Of a DNA stretch of 64,000 bases, positions 41,901-48,672 are shown one piece after another. A program made the position numbers and the translations under genes. The stretch comes from Ostreococcus lucimarinus (taxonomy: Eukaryota): the NCBI GenBank assembly GCA_000092065.1, contig CP000600.1. One strand, given 5' to 3'. Positions within the stretch are counted from its first letter, which is position 1. Each line of letters begins with the position of its first letter. The notes under the pieces are model-generated. The model was not told the DNA's origin. It made no database searches and was given only the letters and a program-made list of their open reading frames with translations.

Positions 41901-44900
41901 GAGGCGCCGAACGCGTATCCGACACAGAGCCCCGTGCCGGGCGAGGCGCCGAACGCGTACCCGACGCCCAGTCCGAACGCGTATCCGACACCGAGCCCCG
42001 TGCCGGGCGAGACGCCGAACGCGTATCCGACACAGAGCCCCGTGCCGGGCGAGGCGCCGAACGCATATCCGACACAGAGCCCCGTGCCGGGCGAGACGCC
42101 GAACGCGTACCCGACGTCAAGTCCGAACGCGTATCCGACACAGAGCCCCGTGCCGGGCGAGGCGCCGAACGCATATCCGACACAGAGCCCCGTGCCGGGC
42201 GAGACGCCGAACGCGTACCCGACGTCAAGTCCGAACGCGTATCCGACACAGAGCCCCGTGCCGGGCGAGGCGCCGAACGCATATCCGACACAGAGCCCCG
42301 TGCCGGGCGAGACGCCGAACGCGTACCCGACGCCCAGTCCGAACGCGTATCCGACACAGAGCCCCGTGCCGGGCGAGGCGCCGAACGCGTATCCGACACA
42401 GAGCCCCGTGCCGGGCGAGGCGCCGAACGCGTACCCGACGCCCAGTCCGAACGCGTATCCGACACAGAGCCCCGTGCCGGGCGAGGCGCCGAACGCGTAT
42501 CCGACACAGAGCCCCGTGCCGGGCGAGGCGCCGAACGCGTACCCGACGCCCAGTCCGAACGCGTATCCGACACAGAGCCCCGTGCCGGGCGAGGCGCCGA
42601 ATGCGTACCCGACGCCCAGTCCGAACGCGTACCCGACGCCCAGTCCGAGTGCGTACCCGACGCCCAGTCCAGAAGGTCCTTGCGAAGCCGTTTGCGCAGC
42701 GTTGAATAGTAAGAGCGGGCCAAACAATACAGCATCATGCGATATTCACTTTGGTTGCGTCTTTGACCACACGCAGATGAGCGGTCAAGGAGCGTGCATC
42801 TCTTTTGCGGCTGGTGGCGACGAACCTTGTCCTTCTCGAGCCGACTGGGATGCTATTGTACCTGGCCAAGACTGCAACACTGAGAACACGCCCACGTGCG
42901 CTCGGTTGTTTTACGGCGATGAATACGACAACGCAGTGGCTGGTACCCTTCCAGAGGACTGGGTCGGCGATTGGAGTGCGGTGCCGACACCAGAACCGTC
43001 AGTGCCTAGCGACAGTCATCCGACAACGGATTCGCATGCGTCTTTCTACCCAGCATCGAGCCCCGTGCCGGGCGAGACGCCGAACGCGTACCCGACGTCA
43101 AGTCCGAACGCGTATGACGTCGGTACGATGTCGTACGAAGAGTACGTGAAGACATACGGGGAGGATTTGGATGAAATTGCGAGCGCGTATCCGACACCGA
43201 GCCCCGTGCCGGGCGAGGCGCCGAACGCGTACCCGACGTCAAGTCCGAACGCGTATCCGACACAGAGCCCCGTGCCGGGCGAGGCGCCGAACGCGTATCC
43301 GACACAGAGCCCCGTGCCGGGTGAGGCGCCGAACGCGTACCCGACGTCAAGTCCGAACGCGTATGACGTCGGTACGATGTCGTACGAAGAGTACGTGAAG
43401 ACATACGGGGAGGATTTGGATGAAATTGCGAGCGCGTATCCGACACCGAGCCCCGTGCCGGGCGAGGCGCCGAACGCGTACCCGACGTCAAGTCCGAACG
43501 CGTATCCGACACAGAGCCCCGTGCCGGGCGAGGCGCCGAACGCGTATCCGACACAGAGCCCCGTGCCGGGTGAGGCGCCGAACGCGTACCCGACGTCAAG
43601 TCCGAACGCGTATGACGTCGGTACGATGTCGTACGAAGAGTACGTGAAGACATACGGGGAGGATTTGGATGAAATTGCGAGCGCGTATCCGACACCGAGC
43701 CCCGTGCCGGGCGAGGCGCCGAACGCGTACCCGACGTCAAGTCCGAACGCGTATCCGACACAGAGCCCCGTGCCGGGCGAGGCGCCGAACGCGTATCCGA
43801 CACAGAGCCCCGTGCCGGGTGAGGCGCCGAACGCGTACCCGACGTCAAGTCCGAACGCGTATCCGACACAGAGCCCCGTGCCGGGCGAGGCGCCGAACGC
43901 ATATCCGACACAGAGCCCCGTGCCGGGCGAGACGCCGAACGCGTACCCGACGTCAAGTCCGAACGCGTATCCGACACAGAGCCCCGTGCCGGGCGAGGCG
44001 CCGAACGCGTATCCGACACAGAGCCCCGTGCCGGGCGAGACGCCGAACGCGTATCCGACACAGAGCCCCGTGCCGGGTAAGGCGCCGAACGCGTACCCGA
44101 CGTCAAGTCCGAACGCGTATCCGACACAGAGCCCCGTGCCGGGCGAGGCGCCGAACGCATATCCGACACAGAGCCCCGTGCCGGGCGAGACGCCGAACGC
44201 GTACCCGACGTCAAGTCCGAACGCGTATCCGACACAGAGCCCCGTGCCGGGCGAGGCGCCGAACGCGTATCCGACACAGAGCCCCGTGCCGGGTGAGACG
44301 CCGAACGCGTACCCGACACCGAGCCCCGTGCCGGGCGAGACGCCGAACGCGTACCCGACACCGAGCCCCGTGCCGGGCGAGACGCCGAACGCATATCCGA
44401 CACCGAGCCCCGTGCCGGGTGAGACGCCGAACGCGTACCCGACACCGAGCCCCGTGCCGGGCGAGGCGCCGAACGCGTACCCGACACAGAGCCCCGTGCC
44501 GGGCGAGGCGCCGAACGCATATCCGACACAGAGCCCCGTGCCGGGCGAGACGCCGAACGCGTACCCGACGTCAAGTCCGAACGCGTATCCGACACAGAGC
44601 CCCGTGCCGGGCGAGACGCCGAACGCGTATCCGACGCCAAGTCCGAGCGCGTTCCCGACACCGAGCCCCGTGCCGGGCGAGACGCCAGCGGTAGGTCCGA
44701 CATATTCCGAACCGATCGCACAAATCGTGTATGAGACAAAGAGTGTGGTTAGACTTGTTGGCTACCACGCAGGCGCATTTGGCGAAACGCAGAGTCGGCT
44801 TTTCAAAGTTGGCATGGCCACATTTTACAAAGTCGCGCCAGAGGACATAAGCATCAGCTCTGTGAAGGATGTCGTCTCGTCGAGTAGTCGACGACTATTG

Positions 44901-45938
44901 CAAACATCGGCGATCGATGTGAACTACACCGTGACCTCGACGACGATCGAAAGTGTGTTAGAAGTCGCCAATCAAACCAACTCTGCTGTGACCACGACGC
45001 AAGGCGAAGTTTATGATGACTTACGCGCCGCCGGTTTGATCATCAGCGATGCCGTGATATTGTTGGAAGCACAAACTACTGAGAAAGCATCAGCGTTGGC
45101 ACCTTCGGGGCCATACGACATCAACGTCAACCTTCATCTTGACGTCGACGTCCACGTGGACAATGCGCCAGCGTCGCGTGAGCCTACGAGTTCAACACCT
45201 GGGGGAAATCCAGCTGACACGGAAGGCGGATATCCCTCGACGCCCACGTCATCCTATCCGGCGGGCGGATATCCCTCGACGCCCACGTCATCCTATCCGG
45301 CGGGCGGATATCCCTCGACGCCCACGTCATCCTATCCGGCGGGCGGATATCCCTCGACGCCCACGTCATCCTATCCGGCGGGCGGATATCCCTCGACGCC
45401 CACGTCATCCTATCCGGCGGCGCCTTCTGACTGTGTTCCAGTGAACACGGAAACAGAAGCGGCGCAATACTATCGAAACGAGTCGTTACAACACGAGGCA
45501 CTCGAAACGGCGCAGTCCTACGCTCGTCAAAATGATTTACCACTTCCGGACGCGCACACCTTTGTTCGTGCAAAGGTTTGCAACGCACCGCACATGCGAT
45601 GTTGCTCTGAGTTGAACTGGCGACAAGACAATCGAGTGAGATTTCCATTTGTCTGCGGTGACAGCGCGGGATGCGCAAAGAAGACGTTCGACGTCGCTAG
45701 AAAGAATTGTGTCGCCAGAGGTGGTGACTTGTGCCGCGGAAACGCGGTGAGTACGTCGATGCACGATCCATCGTGCGTGGGCACTAAGTCAGATTACGTA
45801 TGGACGCTCACGCACTGCGATGTCAATGGCGTGCACGGTCGCGTCATTCGTCCGAGCGCCGGCGGCGCGCCCGGAGCACTTTGCGAGACGAATCTGATGG
45901 CAAACCATCAGTCGAGATGCTGCTCCAACGTGTGTTGA
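35946..45938 (+). CDS. Giant secreted / cell-surface glycoprotein (about 3330 aa). PAN/apple domains, repeated domain modules of about 100 aa, an extensin-like PPPPSPPPPP motif, a massive Pro-rich tandem-repeat array, and a Cys-rich C-terminal domain.
   Basis: Single ORF 35934..45938, where 35934 is GTG and the first ATG is at 35946. A hydrophobic signal-like segment IAALVGACVVMCV sits about 75 aa in. Two PAN/apple-like Cys patterns occur around 37900-38500. Modules of the form I.GY....FDA..R......MA.FLGIA..HVRIIDVT recur at least four times. More than 90 copies of PVPGE(A/T)PNAYPT(Q/S/P)S and SPNAYPTQS units span 40805-44690. The C-terminus has 20 or more cysteines (...CSELNWRQD...CCSNVC). 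Confidence 0.75.
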   Translation: MVTRGRPTRARAMDAESRRAMTAARRHRAARASARADADARRADADAKAARRRARGRATRGRARASIRATIAALVGACVVMCVPRGGCAAEGVDAHGAVAKRTSTNTKSEGVGGMLNEISELVERQRAFEDAHEGCENVRLVLLEAPKRGRVSIALRDGSKLWQRFEFRDAGAQTTCVDLSEPNDFEITTAGARGDDDEYSIRVEKETGDALLMRLGADDENGEAHTTYAALKLRTASGKNVGVLGDRFESCEDVVVDTAFARHAGVARSMQHRLLDDSGDLLSKWTSHATGQKKMCLLRGRDYTLHLNGAMSRGRVDDQLAVRVTREEGDESDGFTYLTTRSQAMVNDKNDVYIGVQDATQDNIDLRGVYHFHIPSACAMDEVELSVVLKASKYGDSVPPEGMSWIVQDEAGSLVMKTAKRFRTQDYGVTRHQSMCVPKGKYEFIAFASDKRGWKYGTELKIYQRLQGGKRQLLASRGGNEEASARGFSAPWFSGALISEPIELSVGTEQSAVASQDEPSVKIAFQGPKALLGNARFVPSRALVRADVMAIISACVAVCALVALHNDTKDGDGEVKISLVDGKANSAYGTDTAKKTDVGEHVSRSSSGKSHGLVSRSSYLKIVAVGASALSVMAIGSIGSVRLDETSRLGNSTVRQATCGMGVTKCQFVHSPDCRSKTMYAYRSGKLAHDPLLVLPYESSILDGSSIAAEIKFDANFCAVQGMKTCNDLGDTSADTLTGCSQACRAKDGCESFSLQSTVCRLCSTEHVSRSVATSTVSVARCMRPYQFAFQGVSLDECAKACDDTAACRGFNYFERSHAMSSHCSLLRAPAHFEAHVWRDSARTKSGIVGAATYYKVPSMGTLCKERGEAVQAPALPSGLGIGDSADDAVITSRDGYPHDNFYAGDKGYPNDEARPPNHDDSDFVADFMITSEIELIGVTVHSLESNDVSRRAFVKGLAIFFGITSDEVVIMDVTPSQDVGTSHGVHVAFVILTTSSHKMSQVVGDIKSVLDEPNDEVRLLFNGAGLTVTKATFQEPPLVTEQEASPSPTASDELVTNVSTTVEGKPVAPTANTTQTPSNVTENEPVATNLPPTSIPGADLAITGALQIVGYTPEEFDATARERLRRSMLTFFMAHNDDISIALMQNASLVEGTQVAYKMKENNPHKATIIVEALLLMQEPSAISENFLHVLHFKGLTNVQTSLTIGHPRVVLEKHMPPPPPSPPPPPKTIVMVQNITKTINVVQSALELKGINVQTFNEAKKDFLKAGLSEFMSKVLQRTVTSDLIRVLSVSGQGYIKYFDTNIVSSGDVAQLGISSSNVKVNYEVIVGEEEDAKTMALLNELSGGTSTPISRDVDQDVYPSEADAYPSEADAYPARSPPIESDDQYPSSTSNSDSSLVTNDLLGTLLLDIKENGLAEVEEIEIEELPVAKKQEVSEQVEIEVLAPETSTPVTEEEELTDLNDDETIETNFLKALDEIKVLSNASDAEVYLVDSVLRIDGYDMNTFDAVSRNAFTAGMARFLGIAFAHVRIIDVTVVHTSTGRRLLTDLLDVEFVAELPTEESANAVAQEITDLMDSENAEAIQNELMTDLQEAGLDQVTNGEMTQVPVISSASSEPSSPVPGETPNAYPTQSPVPGETPNAYPTQSPVPGEAPNAYPTSSPNAYPTQSPVPGEAPNAYPTQSPVPGEAPNAYPTPSPNAYPTQSPVPGEAPNAYPTQSPVPGEAPNAYPTPSPNAYPTQSPVPGEAPNAYPTQSPVPGETPNAYPTSSPNAYPTQSPVPGEAPNAYPTQSPVPGEAPNAYPTPSPNAYPTQSPVPGEAPNAYPTQSPVPGETPNAYPTSSPNAYPTQSPVPGEAPNAYPTPSPNAYPTQSPVPGEAPNAYPTQSPVPGEAPNAYPTPSPNAYPTQSPVPGEAPNAYPTQSPVPGETPNAYPTSSPNAYPTQSPVPGEAPNAYPTQSPVPGETPNAYPTSSPNAYPTQSPVPGEAPNAYPTQSPVPGEAPNAYPTPSPNAYPTPSPVPGETPNAYPTQSPVPGEAPNAYPTQSPVPGETPNAYPTSSPNAYPTQSPVPGEAPNAYPTQSPVPGETPNAYPTSSPNAYPTQSPVPGEAPNAYPTQSPVPGETPNAYPTPSPNAYPTQSPVPGEAPNAYPTQSPVPGEAPNAYPTPSPNAYPTQSPVPGEAPNAYPTQSPVPGEAPNAYPTPSPNAYPTQSPVPGEAPNAYPTPSPNAYPTPSPSAYPTPSPEGPCEAVCAALNSKSGPNNTASCDIHFGCVFDHTQMSGQGACISFAAGGDEPCPSRADWDAIVPGQDCNTENTPTCARLFYGDEYDNAVAGTLPEDWVGDWSAVPTPEPSVPSDSHPTTDSHASFYPASSPVPGETPNAYPTSSPNAYDVGTMSYEEYVKTYGEDLDEIASAYPTPSPVPGEAPNAYPTSSPNAYPTQSPVPGEAPNAYPTQSPVPGEAPNAYPTSSPNAYDVGTMSYEEYVKTYGEDLDEIASAYPTPSPVPGEAPNAYPTSSPNAYPTQSPVPGEAPNAYPTQSPVPGEAPNAYPTSSPNAYDVGTMSYEEYVKTYGEDLDEIASAYPTPSPVPGEAPNAYPTSSPNAYPTQSPVPGEAPNAYPTQSPVPGEAPNAYPTSSPNAYPTQSPVPGEAPNAYPTQSPVPGETPNAYPTSSPNAYPTQSPVPGEAPNAYPTQSPVPGETPNAYPTQSPVPGKAPNAYPTSSPNAYPTQSPVPGEAPNAYPTQSPVPGETPNAYPTSSPNAYPTQSPVPGEAPNAYPTQSPVPGETPNAYPTPSPVPGETPNAYPTPSPVPGETPNAYPTPSPVPGETPNAYPTPSPVPGEAPNAYPTQSPVPGEAPNAYPTQSPVPGETPNAYPTSSPNAYPTQSPVPGETPNAYPTPSPSAFPTPSPVPGETPAVGPTYSEPIAQIVYETKSVVRLVGYHAGAFGETQSRLFKVGMATFYKVAPEDISISSVKDVVSSSSRRLLQTSAIDVNYTVTSTTIESVLEVANQTNSAVTTTQGEVYDDLRAAGLIISDAVILLEAQTTEKASALAPSGPYDINVNLHLDVDVHVDNAPASREPTSSTPGGNPADTEGGYPSTPTSSYPAGGYPSTPTSSYPAGGYPSTPTSSYPAGGYPSTPTSSYPAGGYPSTPTSSYPAAPSDCVPVNTETEAAQYYRNESLQHEALETAQSYARQNDLPLPDAHTFVRAKVCNAPHMRCCSELNWRQDNRVRFPFVCGDSAGCAKKTFDVARKNCVARGGDLCRGNAVSTSMHDPSCVGTKSDYVWTLTHCDVNGVHGRVIRPSAGGAPGALCETNLMANHQSRCCSNVC
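40805..44690 (+). repeat. Coding tandem-repeat array with 42-nt and 27-nt units (PVPGEAPNAYPTQS / SPNAYPTQS), near-identical at DNA level. It is interrupted at 42670-43060 by a unique Cys-containing segment and contains a 249-bp higher-order repeat in three copies (about 43117-43863).
   Basis: Direct reading of the period: ccgacacagagccccgtgccgggcgaggcgccgaacgcgtat recurs with only A/T (Ala/Thr) and wobble differences. DVGTMSYEEYVKTYGEDLDEIASAYPTPS recurs three times with exact 249-nt spacing. Confidence 0.9.
45226..45420 (+). repeat. Five tandem 39-nt coding repeats (GGYPSTPTSSYPA)
   Basis: ggcggatatccctcgacgcccacgtcatcctatccggcg is repeated five times, nearly perfectly. Confidence 0.85.
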
Positions 45939-45978
45939 GCGAATCAAAAGATAAATTCACATGTAAACTAAACCAATG

Positions 45979-47052
45979 CTATATAGACCTCATGTCATCG
46001 AGCAGTAATTCGGCGAGGAAACTCGTCGCCGGCCCCACGCGCCCATCGCCTACCTGCCGTCCATCCCACGAAATGATTCCCTGCACACCCACCGCACTGC
46101 CGACGAGCATGGCTTCCTCAGCGCCCAGCACGACGAACGGGGATAACGGCTGTGAATCGTCGAAGCGTTTTATTCCCACCTTTCGGAGCGCTTTGCGATT
46201 GCTTTCGGTTTCGATCAACTCTCGCAGTCTTTGTATGGTGATTCCTCCGAGAACATTCGTCGCTGGTGGCGTTCGTAACGTGCCGTCTGGAGTCAGGAAC
46301 GCTACGTTCGCGCCAGGTCCTTCGCCAATCATTCCGTCTTGCGTCAAAAATACGCCGACATCGACCCCGTTCCCTCGCGCAATCTGAGCTACGTTTACGT
46401 TGGGCAAGTAATTCGTCGACTTCAACGTCGCGTAACGAGGCGGTTTGATCGGCACCGGCGACGACGACGCCGTTAACCCGCGCACAACCATCCAAGCGTC
46501 TGGATCCTTCTCGTACGCCACGACGTAATACGTCGGCGGCGAATCCGTCGCGCCGCACAGCGAAAAATTCTCCGACTCGCACCCGCTCGTCGCGTACATC
46601 CGAACTTGCCCGTGCGTCACGCCGCCCCGCGCCACGACTTCCAGCACCAGCGCCTCCATCGTCGCCAGCGCCTCGTCGTTCATCTCGCCGACGCCCGCCT
46701 CCCGCGCGCTTCGCGCGAATCTTCTCAGGTGCGCCGCCAACAGATGGCACCGTCCCTCGTGCACCGTGCACGCGTCGAACACGGCGTGCCCGCGCGTGAA
46801 TCCACGGTCGTACAGTCGCATCACCGGCGCGCATCGCGCGTCGTTCACTCGCACGATGACGTCCAGCGCGCCGTCGTACACCGCGCCGCGCATGGTCGCC
46901 GCCGCGTCGTGCTGCGCCACGAGGCGCCGCGCCACCTCTCTCGCGTACGCATCCGCGTCCACGACGCGCGTCGCGCGCGCCGTCGTTCGACGCGTCGTCG
47001 CGCGCGCGCGTCCCGCGACGCGCGGCGCGGCGCGCGCGCGAGCCGTCGTCAT
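45979..47052 (-). CDS. Class IV (fold-type IV) PLP-dependent aminotransferase. Branched-chain aminotransferase, D-amino-acid aminotransferase or aminodeoxychorismate-lyase-like.
   Basis: ATG at 47052..47050. ...RGHAVFDACTVHEGRCHLLAAHLRRF..., GEGPGANVAF (E.G..N.F motif), and ...NVLGGITIQRLRELIE... match the class IV aminotransferase layout. R-rich N-terminus. Confidence 0.7.
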   Translation of the reverse strand: MTTARARAAPRVAGRARATTRRTTARATRVVDADAYAREVARRLVAQHDAAATMRGAVYDGALDVIVRVNDARCAPVMRLYDRGFTRGHAVFDACTVHEGRCHLLAAHLRRFARSAREAGVGEMNDEALATMEALVLEVVARGGVTHGQVRMYATSGCESENFSLCGATDSPPTYYVVAYEKDPDAWMVVRGLTASSSPVPIKPPRYATLKSTNYLPNVNVAQIARGNGVDVGVFLTQDGMIGEGPGANVAFLTPDGTLRTPPATNVLGGITIQRLRELIETESNRKALRKVGIKRFDDSQPLSPFVVLGAEEAMLVGSAVGVQGIISWDGRQVGDGRVGPATSFLAELLLDDMRSI

Positions 47053-47105
47053 GCACTCGCGCGTCGACGCGCGACGAACTCGCGTCGCGACGCGCGTGCC
47101 GCGCG

Positions 47106-47160
47106 ATAACCCTAACCCTAACCCTAACCCTAGTCCTAACCCTAATTTACAAACCCTAAT
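47106..47160. repeat. Interstitial telomere-type repeat (CCCTAA)4 plus degenerate copies, including an AAACCCTAA telo-box-like motif, in a 128-bp bidirectional promoter
   Basis: Read directly: taaccctaaccctaaccctaaccctagtcctaaccctaatttacaaaccctaat. It lies between the aminotransferase start (47052, -) and the SET gene start (47181, +). Confidence 0.9.
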
Positions 47161-47180
47161 ACTTTATACCGCGACGCGCG

Positions 47181-48635
47181 ATGCGCGACGCGCGCGACGA
47201 CGACTTTCTCGATTGGATGCGCGCGCGCGGGGTGACGCGCGACGACGCGCGGTGCGCGGTGCGCGGCGACGGCGACCGCGGACGATTCGTCGAGTGCGCG
47301 CGCGCGACGCTGGCGGTCGGGACGACGCTGGCGACGATACCGAAGAGCGCGTGCCTGACGACGGCGACGAGCGCGCTGGGCGCCATCGAGGGCGCGCGCG
47401 GAAGCGGGGTCGTCGGTCTGTGCGTCGCGGTGGCGCACGAGCGGTCGTTGGGAGCGAAATCGACGTTTGCGGCGTATTTAAAGACGCTGCCGGCGCGAGA
47501 GGCGCTGCCGTCGACGTTCGCGGCGGACGACGAGGCGCGGAGAGCGCTGCGGGGGACGACGGTGGAGGGGATGCTCGGGGCGGACGAACGCGCCATCGCG
47601 GATGATTATCACGCGTTCGCGCGCGAGATGAAGGAGCGATTCGCGCGGCGCGGCGTGAAGATGCCGACGCTGGAGGAGTTCAGGGACGCGGCGACGCTCG
47701 TCGCGAGTCGCGCGTTCTTCGTGGACGACGCGCTCGGGCAGGGGTTGGTGCCTTTCGCTGATTTGTTTAATCATAAAGGCGGTTCAGACGGCGCTCATTT
47801 TAACGTCGTTGGATGCGATGACGCGGACGCGGATGCGCTGACGCTGGTGACGTGTCGAACGGCGAAGCGGGGCGAAGAATTATTCAACTCGTTCGGCGAC
47901 GACCACGACAACACCGTGTTGTTGTATAAATATGGGTTTGTCGAACGCGATAATCGCGTCGCTACGAGTTCATTCGGCTTTGGGCTGTTGCGCGACGCCG
48001 GCGACATCTCGTTCGAGAGCGTTCATAGTTGGATGACTGAGAGTTACGACGGGGTGGATGAGCTCGAAGTCGACGCCAACGGCGCCATGTCGCGCCCACT
48101 TTTAGCTTTACTTCGAATCGCGTCGTTCGAATTTCTTAGAGACGTGGACAGCGGTGATGACGAAAGTCATTCGGACGATGTAGACTATGATACATCGATC
48201 GGCGTTTTGCTCGAGCGCACGATGGCCGGAGACGAGTCCGAGGCTGAGATTCTGGCGAGTGTCGACGACTACGTCGTACTGGCGTTATTTCGTGGAAGAT
48301 TCAACGCATATCTCGACACAAAAGACGAAGATCGTTGTGATGACGATGTTTCATCTTTGTTACGAGATGTAGCGCGCGAGATCAAACGATGCGCAGACTT
48401 GGCGAATGATGCGAGCGGAGTACGTCAACAGTTTGGGTCTGGGATAAGCGGCGTGGCCGCTGCGTATCACGTTCGCGCGGACGAGCTCGGGTTACTCATG
48501 AAAGCAATAATTCGCGCGTTTGACTTCGGAGACGACGAAGAAACCAACGAAGACGTTCCAGATACAAAAAAGCCCAAATTAGTAGAAGTGGTGCCAGCGT
48601 ACGCGCCGACCATTTACATCAAACCGAAAGAGTAG
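47181..48635 (+). CDS. SET-domain protein lysine methyltransferase (SETD6 / Rubisco-LSMT-like)
   Basis: ATG at 47181. N-terminal FLDWMRARGV...VRGDGDRGRFVE..., the core ...GLVPFADLFNH...GEELFNSFG..., then a substrate-binding-like helical C-terminal half. Confidence 0.75.
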   Translation: MRDARDDDFLDWMRARGVTRDDARCAVRGDGDRGRFVECARATLAVGTTLATIPKSACLTTATSALGAIEGARGSGVVGLCVAVAHERSLGAKSTFAAYLKTLPAREALPSTFAADDEARRALRGTTVEGMLGADERAIADDYHAFAREMKERFARRGVKMPTLEEFRDAATLVASRAFFVDDALGQGLVPFADLFNHKGGSDGAHFNVVGCDDADADALTLVTCRTAKRGEELFNSFGDDHDNTVLLYKYGFVERDNRVATSSFGFGLLRDAGDISFESVHSWMTESYDGVDELEVDANGAMSRPLLALLRIASFEFLRDVDSGDDESHSDDVDYDTSIGVLLERTMAGDESEAEILASVDDYVVLALFRGRFNAYLDTKDEDRCDDDVSSLLRDVAREIKRCADLANDASGVRQQFGSGISGVAAAYHVRADELGLLMKAIIRAFDFGDDEETNEDVPDTKKPKLVEVVPAYAPTIYIKPKE

Positions 48636-48672
48636 AAATGCTATTTGAAAACTTCTAACGGTACCGGTAGTT

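Noticed and set aside
40742-44768. Long ORFs on the opposite strand and alternate frames of the tandem-repeat array (GYAFG..., RPARGSVSD..., RHRAPCRARRRTR... products), and a superficial resemblance of the regular 42-nt repeats to a CRISPR array
   Set aside because: There are no unique spacers, and the units are contiguous and in-frame within a 10-kb coding ORF whose flanks encode PAN and Cys-rich domains. The mirror ORFs exist only because the repeat lacks stops.
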